63,384 nt of DNA, filler included, from Octopus bimaculoides (GCF_001194135.2; 5 parts of 5 records of this genome joined end to end with filler, not necessarily neighbours in it), one strand, 5' to 3'. Counted from the whole stretch's first letter, positions 1 through 11,055 are shown. Numbers and translations: made by a program. The notes: generated from the sequence alone by a model not told the origin.

Positions 1-981
1 CACACACATGAATGTGCAATTTATAGAAAAGAGCCAAGCGAATAATTAGAAGGTAGCTAAATGTTGCATAAGTGTCGTAGGAAACAATTATCACACTTGT
101 GTGTGATTTGATTTCGGGATAGGTAAGTGGTGTTTGGGAGAAAATAGGAAAAATTGAAAACGCTCAGAGTGTTATTAAAACATTTATATCTCCATATCTC
201 CTACATATGTTTCGATGGATTCAAAATATGTCCGACAGAAAGCATTATGGTCAGCTATGCATCACTCTTATCAGGAAAGATATAATCAACACCACTCATC
301 AAATAGACAGAGAAAAGGGCATTAGTACGCTTGCTAGTACCCATGGTTGTCCGTCGTGGGTTTATATGCCTAAAACCCTTTAAGGCGGTGCTCCAGCATG
401 GTCGGAATCCGATGTCTGAAGCAAATAGGAAATAAAGCTAAAAGAATAGACTGATGATCAGGAAGATCAACTCTAAATCTATATGTTGGTATCGTCCTGA
501 AAACTTCATCTTGATTTCGTCGGAGAAGATGGATACAAATAATGAAGTAGATCAGGCAGATATTGCGCCACGGTTCTTAATTAACTGTGACAATCATGAC
601 TTTTGTGTTGCCTTCTCATTGGCATATAATAGTGCCAAACAAGTAATGGTGAAGCTAGAATGTTTGCCGCCCGGGACTGACCACGAAATTCCCACCCAGG
701 ACAGTCCTTAAGTTTTCCGCCCTCTGACCGAGTCCTCAAGCATATATACTGGCTTACATAGTAGATCCAAAAATGCCGCCTCCATAAAAGCGTCGCTCGA
801 GCAAGCAGAAGTGAAATATAGCGCTATCACAATCAGGTGTTGATTGCAGAAAGATGTTAGTACAGTAGTTGCAAGACATCAAGTGAAAAGACAAATATAC
901 ATAGAGAATCGTCTGCAAGGTTTCAGAGTCCATAAAAACAAGACCTAAGAGGTCTGGTTAATAATCATGTTTAGTAACGAA

Positions 982-1366
982 GTGGAGGCGCAATGGCCCA
1001 GTGGTTAGGGCAGCGGACTCGCGGTCATAGGATCGTGGTTTCGATTCCCAGACCGGGCGTTCTGAGTGTTTATTGAACGAAAACACCTAAAGCTCCACGA
1101 GGCACTGGCAGGGGATGGTGGCGAACCTTGCTGTACTCTTCCACCACAACTTTCTCTCACTCTTACTTCCTGTTTCTGTTGTGCCTGTAATTCGAAGGGT
1201 CAGCCTTGTCACACTGTGTCATGCTGAGTATCCCCGAGAATTACGTTAAGGGTACACGTGTCTGTGGAGTGCTCAGCCACTTGCACGTTAATTTCACGAG
1301 CAGGCTGTTCCGTTGATCGGATCAACTGGAACCCACGATGTCGTAAGCGACGGAGTGCCAACACAA
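982..1366 (+). mobile_element. tRNA-derived SINE, family A (tRNA-Arg-like head), full length
   Basis: Head GGAGGCGCAATGGCCCAGTGGTTAGGGCAGCGGACTCGCGG...GGTTTCGATTCCC has A/B-box character. 11-bp TSD TTAGTAACGAA at 971-981 and 1367-1377. A second copy lies at 11599-11980. Confidence 0.9.
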
Positions 1367-1540
1367 TTAGTAACGAAACACCCAGTTAAATAATTTGTAT
1401 AATATGGTGCAATTAGTTCGTTGTTCATCAAGCTAAAGCTGCAATCTCAGATAAGCATTTGTAAGGGTCCAGTAATGTCCATCCCTTATGATATGGTGAT
1501 GGGGGATAGGTTTTGGATAATGCTACCGGGTAAAACCATT

Positions 1541-1815
1541 ACTAGCACTCCGTCGGTTACGATGACAAGTGTTCCAGTTGATCTGATAACGGAACAGCCT
1601 GCTCGTGAAATTAATGTGCAGGCAGCTGAGTACTCCACAGATATACGTACCCTTAAAGTAGTTCTCAAAGTGATTCAGCGTGAATTATAGGTACAACTCA
1701 TTTTGCTAGATGAGTGGACTGGAGCAACATGAAATAAAGTGTTTTGCTCAAGGACAACGCGCCGCCGGGAACCGAACTCGTGACCTTACAGTCGTCAGGC
1801 GAATATCCTTATCAA
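1541..1815 (-). mobile_element. 5'-truncated SINE with CORE-like body and family-A 3' tail
   Basis: Reverse complement reads B-box (GAGTTCGGTTCCC), then CORE-like TCCTTGAGCAAAACACTT...TTGCTCCAGTCCACTCA, then a tail homologous to 1221-1360. Confidence 0.8.
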
Positions 1816-2009
1816 TTAGGCACTGGATGGAACCATAAACTCTGTATAACTTACCTGAATATTCTGAAGACGGGCTTGCCTTTCCGTATGGTTATTATTG
1901 CATTATATCCCATGATGGTGTGCCAATAAAATTCGTTGAAGAATGATATTTCGTTGGTAAATTGGCTCCAGTCATTTCCTTGTCCATAAAACGTATAGAA
2001 AATTTTCTT

Positions 2010-2200
2010 ACATTTTCTTTTACTTGTTTCAGTCATTTGACTGCGGCCATGCTAGAGCACCACCTTTAGTCGAACAAATTGACCCCAGAACTTACTCTTT
2101 GTAAGCGTAGTACTTATTCTGTCGGTCTCTTTTGCCGAACCGTTAAGTTACGGAGGACGTCAACACACCAACATCGGTTGTCAAGCAACGGAGCGGGAAC

Positions 2201-2232
<32 letters not shown>

Positions 2233-2636
2233 NNNNNNNNNNNNNNNNNNNNNNNNNNNNNNNNNNNNNNNNNNNNNNNNNNNNNNNNNNNNNNNNNNNN
2301 NNNNNNNNNNNNNNNNNNNNNNNNNNNNNNNNNNNNNNNNNNNNNNNNNNNNNNNNNNNNNNNNNNNNNNNNNNNNNNNNNNNNNNNNNNNNNNNNNNNN
2401 NNNNNNNNNNNNNNNNNNNNNNNNNNNNNNNNNNNNNNNNNNNNNNNNNNNNNNNNNNNNNNNNNNNNNNNNNNNNNNNNNNNACACACACATATACGAT
2501 GTGCTTCTTTCAGTTTCCGTCTACCAAATCCACTCACAATGCTTTAGTCGGCCCGAGGCTATAGTAGAAGGTGCCACACGGTGGGACTAAACCCGGAACT
2601 ATGTGGTTGGGAAGCAGGCTTCTTACCAGCCACATC
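2010..2636 (-). mobile_element. CORE-type SINE, family B, with internal (CA)n/(TA)n microsatellite and gap
   Basis: Matches the intact + copies at 6862-7557 and 42945-43250 (tRNA-like head, CCTTGGGCAAGTGTCTTCTACTATAGCC core, GACTGAAACAAGTAAAAGA tail). Confidence 0.85.
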
Positions 2637-2639
2637 TTT

Positions 2640-3002
2640 TGTTTTTTAGTCATTAGGTTGTGGCCATGTTGGGGCACCGCCTTGAAGAATTTTAGTTGTA
2701 CGAATCGATCCCATATTATTATTATTATTTTTTTTTATTATTATTTTTTAAGCCCCTCTAACTTACGGGGAGATAGCACCGGCTGTCAAGCGGTGGCGAG
2801 AAGGAAACACACACACAAACGCAAACACGTTTATATTCGACAGGCTCCTTTCAGTTTCCGTCTATAAAATTCATTCAATAAGATTTTGGTCGACTCGAGG
2901 TTGTAGTGGAAGCCCCTTGCCAAAGGTACCTCGCAGTGGAACTGAACACAGAACCATGAGACTGGGAAGCATACTTCTCACCATACAACCACGCCTGCAT
3001 AG
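2640..3002 (-). mobile_element. Second, more degenerate family-B SINE in tandem with the previous copy
   Basis: Same motifs: tail at 2640-2710, CTTTCAGTTTCCGTCTA, and head ending ACCATACAACCACGCCT. Confidence 0.7.
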
Positions 3003-3405
3003 AANNNNNNNNNNNNNNNNNNNNNNNNNNNNNNNNNNNNNNNNNNNNNNNNNNNNNNNNNNNNNNNNNNNNNNNNNNNNNNNNNNNNNNNNNNNNNNNN
3101 NNNNGACAAAGTGACATCGGGCGAAAAGTTGGGTCACGACATTTAATGTAGACGTATAATGCTAAAAAGAATGTAAGTATATCAATAACGGACGAAAAGT
3201 GTCAATCATCAGCGGTGGAATTAAAAAATTTAGATCGCTGCTTCTTTAAGCGTCATCAGTAGCAAATATCCACTAGGGACCAAATGCTTAAACAAATATA
3301 GCCTCTACTATTGCAGAAAAACAATGATTCAGAAATCACTGGTGTCGCAAGTAGCCGTACAAAATGATGTATTGAATTAATGCTGCTGCTAACGTCGCTA
3401 AGAAT

Positions 3406-3890
3406 CTTTTCTACAATAGGCACAATGCTTGAAGTTTGGGGAGGGGTCCAGTCAATTTGATTGATCCCAGTACGCAACTGGTGCTTAATTTATCAACCCC
3501 GAAAGAATGAAAGGCAAAATCGACCTCGGAGGAATTTGAACTCAGACTGTAGCGACGAACGAAATACCGCTAAGCTCTTCGTTCGGCGTGCTAACTTTTC
3601 TTATTTCTTTACTACCCACAAGGGGCTACAAACAGAGGGGAGAAACAAGGACAGACAAACGGATTAAGTCGATTATATCGACCACAGTGCGTGACTGGTA
3701 CTTAATTCATCGACCTGGAAAGGTTGAAAGGCAAAGTCGACCTCGGCGGAATTTGAACTCTGAACGTAACGGCAGACGAAATACCGTTAAGCATTTCGCC
3801 CGGCGTGCTAACGTTTCTGCCAGCTAGCCGCCTTGCTAACGTTTCTGCCAGCTAGCCGCCTTGCTAACGTTTCTGCCAGCTAGCCGCCTT
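3406..3890 (-). mobile_element. Dimeric tRNA-derived SINE, family C
   Basis: Two head-to-tail units sharing GTTAGCACGCCG...GAGTTCAAATTCC.CCGAGGTCGA.TTTGCCTTTC. Flanked by an 18-bp imperfect TSD: GCTAACGTCGCTAAGAAT (3388-3405) and GCTAACATCGCTAATAAT (3891-3908), 16/18 identical. Confidence 0.85.
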
Positions 3891-3896
3891 GCTAAC
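3807..3896. repeat. Exact 28-bp tandem repeat x3.2 (GCTAACGTTTCTGCCAGCTAGCCGCCTT)
   Basis: Directly visible; the unit is the 5' end of the minus-strand SINE. Confidence 0.97.
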
Positions 3897-4755
3897 ATCG
3901 CTAATAATGGTATTTTACTGGACATGCTGGCTGCTTGCGACACCAAATGCCTTGTTAATCACTGGTATTAACATCAGTAGAGGCTGAATGTGTCTAAGCA
4001 TGCAGTTGCGAGTAGATACTTGCTATTCACGACGTGCAATAATTCAGAAATCTGGATTTAGTAAATCCCTCGCTGTTGCTGCCAGACGATTTTTTTCTGC
4101 TATTGAACATGTATATGTCAATATATATATATATATCCTGGGCATGATATTAAACAGTATCTAGTGGTAAGGCTACAGTTTGACCGTTCTGGGGTTTTGG
4201 GGAAACGTGGAGTCATATAATCTTAACTGCAATTACTCCCAGATCCTTTCTCATCTAGAACGGTAGTACCTGGCAGGGTCCATCTATGGGTTAAATAGAT
4301 TTCCCAGGTATAGTGCTGACTCCTATAACGTTTGACAAAACGTGGGCAAGGCGGCTCTTCTAATAGGAACATTCTCTAACATAAAACTTGTCAAAACAGC
4401 ACTTGCAATGCTTGTCATTGAAACCTTCTGCAGCAACCGAGAGAGTGGCGAAAGTGTTCAACAAGCTTTTGTCACTTATTTCTTGATTCGTTTTGTGTTT
4501 TATGAAGTCCTACGGTGTTAGATATTCATGCACATGCAAGGCTGAAAGTAAATCAGCAGAATCAGGCTGAAAGTCAGACGGATATCATCTGACAGGATGA
4601 GAAAGTTATCATGTATGTATGTATGTATGTATGTATGTATGTATGTATGTATGTATGTATGTATGTATGTGTATGTGTGTGCGTGCATGCGTGTGTGTGT
4701 ATGTATTTGTGTATGTGGGTATGTATACGTGTACATGCGTTTCTGCATTTATGTA

Positions 4756-5594
4756 TAAAGGTCTGATCAATAAGTATCCTGACCGTTGCCATAGTAACGA
4801 AGCTAAAAGATACAGACCAAAATTCTGCTGTGCAGGCGCGCAAAGTTTTAACGTTCTGGCTCACTTCCGCTGTTTACAGCAGTGCTTGGAAGGAAGGTGT
4901 GTAGCGTGTGGTTGTTGCATCGGCCATGACAGAGAAAGTTGTCATGGTGATACCTGCTCAGAGACCTACGCAAGGTTGCAGAACATGTATGGAGAGGAGT
5001 TTATGAGCTGCATGCAAGTGTGAGTGGTTCTGACGTTTCCAAGATGGCCGAAAAGATGTCGATATTGATAAACATTCTGGGAGACCTGCAACCAGCAGCA
5101 CTGAGAACATCGCAGATGTGCGTGTAGCTGTGAGAAGAAAATCGTCATATCACCAACCATGAGTTATCAGAGGATGTGTAGATTAGTCCATTATCACTGA
5201 AGATTTGGGTATGAGACACGTACCTGCCAAGTTTGTGCCAAAACTGCTTTCAGCTGACCAAAAAGACAGTCGGGTTTCAGTTGCACAAGATCTCCTTGAT
5301 TATGTCGAGAACGATGAAAACGTTTTGAAAACGTTTCGTAGGCCTCTGAACAAGCTTTTGGCAAAAATTGATGCGGATTCTCTGCCCAAATTTCTATCAT
5401 GGTCAATGCAACGATCACACGCTACATACCTTCCTTCCAATCACTGCTGTAAACAGCGGAAATGATCTAGAACGTTAAAACTTAGTGCGCATGCACAGCA
5501 GAGTTCAAGTTCAATTTCTGGCAAGGGGCTTCACTTTGTGCGCTTTAGCTTTGTTACTATGGCAACCGTCCGGATACTTATTGATCAGACTTCG
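4756..5594 (+). mobile_element. Internally deleted mariner element (transposase N-terminal remnant)
   Basis: About 50-bp terminal inverted repeats (GTCTGATCAATAAGTATCC...GTTGCCATAGTAAC.AAGCTAAA and its reverse complement at 5544-5594) with TA at the right end. Remnant peptides TYARLQNMYGEEFMS and LGMRHVPAKFVPKLLSADQKDSRVSVAQDLL. No DDD catalytic domain. Confidence 0.9.
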
Positions 5595-6026
5595 TACATA
5601 TGCATGAGTGCATATCACTCCACCTACCAGGAATCAACCAACAACCTCAAATTCCTGAAAATACCAGTTTTTTTTTTTAATATTTTACCCCATCCGCCAT
5701 ATCCCCCTCTACATTTCTACTTTGGTGACCTGACTGCATCAACCTTTGCCCTGTACCTTAAAATCACTTCCTCAAGCTAATTTCGCCTGTCACAACGCAC
5801 TCTTTTTGTTCATTGACAATAGGTTTAGCACCTTTAAGAAGCAGCTGAATGAAAGCTGGGACAGCAGTATCAGTGGTGTAATGTGCTGTGGTGGCCTTTA
5901 GTCAGATTTGAGGCGTGGAATACGACCTCTCCAGACTACAGAGAGGGAGTATTAAGTCGTTAAATTGTGTTCTCAAGTGTAAACAAATACACATACAAAT
6001 ATTTATGCGTAAACGCACATGTATGC

Positions 6027-6060
<34 letters not shown>

Positions 6061-6169
6061 CAAATAATATATAAATATATGCGTATATACGTACATGTAT
6101 GTACATACCTATATATATATACATATACACACGTATATATATACATACATATATATATGCATAAATATA

Positions 6170-6214
<45 letters not shown>

Positions 6215-6314
6215 NNNNNNNNNNNNNNNNNNNNNNNNNNNNNNNNNNNNNNNNNNNNTTAATTAATTAANNNNNNNNNNNNNNNNNNNNNNNNNNNNNN
6301 NNNNNNNNNNNNNN
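6215..6314. other. Artificial scaffold join N44-TTAATTAATTAA-N44
   Basis: Identical 100-bp construct at 6215, 9669, 33446 and 60685. The 12-mer has stops in all six frames. Confidence 0.95.
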
Positions 6315-6861
6315 ACACGACAGAAGCGTGCCTTGCCAGATGTTTAGTGAAAAATGTTCGAGTGGATGAGTGGTGGGGTGGGTTACGGGTAGAGGGAAAA
6401 AGATACGGGTAGGTAAGAAGAGAGGCAGGTTACTGTCTTTTTGTTTGCTGATAAGGATTAGGGAGCGTAGGGGGCTTGGGCGGTTATGAAGAGCAGAGGG
6501 TGGAGGTGAGGACATATTTTTTTTTTCTGAAGATATATATCAAGTCGTGTTTCGTTTTGGCGCCTGTTTGTCACTGCGACGTGACGAGGGTAGTAGTGAG
6601 AGGAGGATGTAATGAGGGGGATACGAGTAAAAATGAGGCGAGGTGGTCAGGTGAAGTGGGGGAGGCCTAACGAGGGGTGATGTGTGATAGTAATGGTGAT
6701 GGTGACGGTGATGATGATGGTGATGGTGATGAGTCTACATGAAAGCTTTGGTCATATTGGTGTTGGCGTAGTTGATGGTAATACTGTTGTTGTTGTTGTT
6801 ATTACTGTTTAGTCCCAAGTTAACCCTTAAAACGAGCAACTTATGATCAAAGTCTCTCTAA

Positions 6862-7557
6862 GGCGTAGGAGTGGCTGTGTGGTAAGTTGCTTGCTTACTA
6901 ACCACATGGTTCCGGGTTCAGTCCCACTGAGTCGCACCTTGGGCAAGTGTCTTCTGGCCGACCAGAGCCTTGTGAGTGGATTTGGTAGACGGAAACTGAA
7001 AGAAGCCCGTCGTATATATGTATATATATAAGTTCTTATGCTATATTGGTAACGGTTGCTACATCCTCTGGGAAAAAAATTATTATATATATATATATAT
7101 ATATATATAACAAATAATAAATGAGTATATGCATATATACGTACAGGTATGTGCATACCTACGTCTACCTGTATATATAGGTGCATATCTGGGTACAGGA
7201 CATTGCAAACAAAACGTAGACAAAAAAATAATAATAACCAGAGTACAGAAAACACACAGGCCACATAGAGAACATTTTCCTTCATCAGCTACCCCCATTC
7301 TAACACAGGCGTTTGTGTGTGTATGTGTGTGTGTATATGTTTGTGTGTCTGTGTTTGTTCCCCCAACATCGCTTGACAACCGATGCTGGTGTGTTTACGC
7401 CCCCGTAACTTTGAGGTTCGGCTAAAGAGACCGATAGAATAAGTACTAGGCTTACAAAGAATAAGTCCTGGGGGTCGATTAGCACGACTAAAAGGCGGTG
7501 CTCCAGCATGCCCGCAGTCAAAATGACTGAAACAAGTAAAAGAGTAAAAGAGTAAAG
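6862..7557 (+). mobile_element. CORE-type SINE, family B, full length with expanded internal microsatellite region
   Basis: Head GGCGTAGGAGTGGCTGTGTGGTAAG...GGTTCAGTCCC, core CCTTGGGCAAGTGTCTT, and (AAAGAGT)n tail. Confidence 0.9.
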
Positions 7558-7849
7558 TGTGACCATCCACGCTTTTACTTGGTTAACGTTTTCTAAAGTG
7601 GACTTGCTTCCGAGACAGCAGAGCCTGACAAGAAGCAGATTTGGATAACATCAACCAATGCAGCCAAAAAACCTAGTTGACATGATAACTCAAAACGCTC
7701 CTCTCGTGAACATCCCTTCTTCATGTATATACGTAAAAGATTGACAAAGCGATTCTTCTTTTAAGATATTAAGACTGATGTGATTCTAGGAGACTCGGCT
7801 CTTATTTCTAGCAAAACTAACAACCATGTAGAAGCACCTTTGTACTATC

Positions 7850-8575
7850 ATTTATCTTTTAGTCGCTTCAGTCATTAGACTGCGGCCATGCTGGAACACC
7901 AGCTTGAAGGGTTTAGCCAAACAAATCAACCCCAGATCTTTTTTTTTTTTTTTTTAAGTCTGGAATTTGTTCTAGCGATCACTAAGTTACGGTGCCGTAA
8001 ACAAACCAACTCTAGCTCTCGAGCGATTAGGAGAATAAACACAAAAATATAAGCACATATTTATACATACATGCATACATACATACATACATACATACAT
8101 ACATACATACATACATACATACATACATACATACATGCATACATGCATACATACATANNNNNNNNNNACATACATACATACATACATACATACATGCATA
8201 CATGCATACATACATACATACATACAAAAATACCCTGTTGTTGATGTTGAAATTCCAATGAAGGAACTGGTCCTTTTTCTATTGACAAGAAATCTTGAAA
8301 TAAACTGAATAATGACATCCATGCATACAAAAATACCCCGTGGATGTTGAAATTCCAATGAAACAGCTTTGGATCTATGTTAGAAGTAGCTTCTTTCTCT
8401 ATTGGCAAGAAATCCTGAAATAAAACTGAACAATGACATACATACATACGACGGGTTTTCACACAAATTCCGTCTATCTAGGGCTATTGTAAAAGATATT
8501 TGCCCTTAAAACAATGGGACCGAACCTAAATTCACGTAGTTGCACAGCAAGATTTTTAACCACACAACAATTGAC
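7850..8575 (-). mobile_element. Degenerate family-B SINE hosting a (CATA)n tract and nested elements
   Basis: Tail at 7850-7940, CGACGGG...TTCCGTCTA resumes at 8449, head remnant to about 8575. Confidence 0.7.
8225..8437 (+). mobile_element. Two tandem copies of a ~100-bp (CATA)n-associated short element
   Basis: CAAAAATACCC...GATGTTGAAATTCCAATGAA...CTATTG.CAAGAAATC.TGAAATAAA.CTGAA.AATGAC occurs twice (8225-8316, 8328-8437), bounded by (CATA)n. A third copy is on the minus strand at about 10975-11055. Confidence 0.75.
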
Positions 8576-8659
8576 ATGTTACTTTGATTCTAATTACTGA
8601 TACGGCTGTTGCTGTTTTGCCTAGGTCTTCCTTGAATAAAGGCATTATTCCTATCATGA

Positions 8660-9036
8660 CCTCGTTAGCACACCGAATAAAATGCTTAGCGGCATTCCGT
8701 CCGTCTTCACGTTTTGAGTTCAAGTTCTGCAGAAGTCCACTTTGCTTTCATATTTTCGAATCCTATAGAATAATTTGGCGTCAATGTAATTAGCTTATTC
8801 CTTCCCTGAAATTGCTGGCCTTGGACCAACATTTGAAAGCAATGATTATTGATATTCTTAGGCAGCGAGCTAGCAGAATCGTTAGTACATCTGTCTTTAC
8901 ATTCTGAGTTCAAATTTCGTAGAGGTTGACTTTGCCTTTCATCCTTTTGTGGTCAAAAGGTCGAGCACTGGATTGTTGTTGTCGGTTTACGCACTTACCC
9001 CGAAATCGCTAGCCTTGTGCCCAAATTTGAAACTAT
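8660..9036 (+). mobile_element. Two adjacent degenerate family-C SINEs
   Basis: GTTAGCACACCG...GAGTTCAAG at 8665-8840 and GGCAGCGAGCTAGCAGAATCGTTAG...GAGTTCAAATT at 8861-9036. Confidence 0.75.
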
Positions 9037-9397
9037 TTTTCCTGTGGTGACCATCCAGTCATTTCTCACGGTATAAATATAGCACTGATATATTATCCCC
9101 AAATTCCATCGTTACGACAGAATGGTGTGATGTGAGGAAGATTTGACTACTACACCTAGTAAATGGGGCGACCACAAGGCAGCTTACACAGTTCTTTGAA
9201 CAACGATGTTGGTGTTGTTGCTTAGGTTGTTTATCAGACTCGGTTCCATCCTAGTCAAGCAAAACCTATAATGAAAACCATACCAACAGTGACCATCTCA
9301 CCTCTTTCCTGTGTACGGGGAACCTAGCATCATGTTACATAACCTGTTCGATTTCTTGAAAAGGCGGGAGTATGGAATTTCGAAGAGAGTTCTATAT

Positions 9398-9611
9398 TCT
9401 ATCTTTTACTTGTTTCAGTCATGTGAATGCTACCATGCTGGAGCACTGCCTGAAGAGTTTTAGGCAAACGAATCGAATCCATTACTTATATTTTTCAAAG
9501 TACTTATTTTATCGTTCCGTTATACGGAAGCGCTATGTTACGGGGACGTAAACAACATCGGCTGTTCAGCGGTATCGGGGACAAACACAGACATAAACTC
9601 ACGAACGCACA

Positions 9612-9668
<57 letters not shown>
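9398..9668 (-). mobile_element. Family-B SINE 3' half ending in (CA)n at a gap
   Basis: TCTTTTACTTGTTTCAGTCA...CCATGCTGGAGCAC...GTTACGGGGACGTAAAC. Confidence 0.8.
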
Positions 9669-9774
9669 NNNNNNNNNNNNNNNNNNNNNNNNNNNNNNNN
9701 NNNNNNNNNNNNTTAATTAATTAANNNNNNNNNNNNNNNNNNNNNNNNNNNNNNNNNNNNNNNNNNNNTATATA

Positions 9775-9806
<32 letters not shown>

Positions 9807-10974
9807 GAGAGATAGAGAGAGATAGTGTGTGTATTGTGTTTCCGTGAGATTGAGAGAATGCAGCTTCACTAACTCCAAATAAGATATTTACATTGTTTGC
9901 TTACAAATTCTCGAAAAGGTGCTTTTTACCGAATTAATAGAAATGCTCTCGTGTAATAACACTGCATTTATCTCACTATTTAAGAAAAAAAGAATTATAA
10001 TCGAAATTTAATGGTAAAATTCCTTGCTACACAATATTTTTCCCTGTGGCCAATAAATAGTTTCAATAACGTGTCTATTTTATTCTTAATACGCTGTAGC
10101 AGATTTGAATGGAAATATCTGATTGCCGTTGTTTTTCGTCATCAGAGAACATCTCCCTGTAGACGATATATATTCAAATCTGCCAGAACATATTAGCAAT
10201 AAAAGGATACATTATTGGTTGGATTCTCATTGTTCTGTATACACTTCGTGAATTATTATGTTTAGCAGACAACACGCATTATTAGATGCGTTATTATTAG
10301 ATGTATGTTAAAAGGGCTTCTTTAACTGCGATGTAATAGGCTTGTATAATTTTTGTAGCACCATTACACTTTTTATGCTTTCTCTTCATGCTTGAAATAT
10401 TACAAAGATACGCAGAATTTTCCCTGTATGTTTTACTGTTTTCATTTTATTCATGTTTAATTCGTGAACAGCCTCACGTTTCGTCTCCTGATATTCACGT
10501 GCCGACAGAGGGCTATGATTTTCTACGTTCTCTGTAAGATTATTATTAGTGGTTAAATTTTATTACCAGTTGTAATGGTTCTGAAAAAACTCGGAGTAAA
10601 AGTTCATGAGGTTTCCATCTTCCATTGTATATATCGTTTGCCTTTGCATTCTGGGGTCCAATTTGCCTTTCAACCTTTCGGGTTCGGTAAAATAAGTGCC
10701 AAATGAGTGCTGGGATCGATGTAATTAAGTTATTCCTTCCCCCGATATTGCTGGCCTTGTGCCAAAATTGGAAATCAATATGTATGTATATATATTTCGT
10801 ATCGAGTACTCTCTTGTCTCCTTGTTTGCATAAATTTTCTTCTGAAACATACATACGTACGCACGTGTATGTGTGAGTGTATGTGTGTGTATGTGAGTGT
10901 GTGTGTGTGTGTGTGTGTTTGTGTGTGTGTGCGCGTGTGTGTGTGTGTGTATGTGTGTGTGTGTGTGCGTGCGT

Positions 10975-11055
10975 GTTTTATGATTGTTCGGTTTTATTTC
11001 AAAATTTCTTGCCTATGGAATTTCAATTTCAAAATCAACAACAGGGTATTTTTGT
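10975..11055 (-). mobile_element. Internally deleted copy of the (CATA)n-associated short element
   Basis: Reverse complement reads CATACAAAAATACCCTGTTGTTGATTTTGAAATT...GGCAAGAAATTTTGAAATAAAACCGAACAAT, adjoining (TATG)n. Confidence 0.75.

Noticed and set aside
190-240. Half hammerhead on the minus strand (…AATCCATC-GAAAC-ATAT-GTA)
   Set aside because: The GAAA side is present but no CUGANGA core or stem I can be formed. At best it is a truncated Penelope-type end.
984-1055. tRNA-like sequences as tRNA genes (also 6862, 11600, 12532-12595, 22470-22550)
   Set aside because: Each continues into a SINE body or is degenerate; no complete cloverleaf with an acceptor stem is present.
1421-1690. 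89-aa ORF that looks protein-like
   Set aside because: Most of it is the antisense of a SINE 3' tail.
3807-3896. CRISPR-like 28-bp repeats
   Set aside because: There are no spacers and no cas genes, the context is eukaryotic, and the unit is a SINE end.
4518-5023. ORFs with YIHT, MYVC, HTHT, poly-I or poly-N peptides throughout the track
   Set aside because: These are translations of microsatellites with no coding evidence.
6259-6270. TTAATTAATTAA palindrome recurring four times (6259, 9713, 33490, 60729)
   Set aside because: Always centred in exactly 44+44 Ns, so it is an artificial six-frame-stop scaffold spacer. Adjacency across these joins is not sequence-supported.
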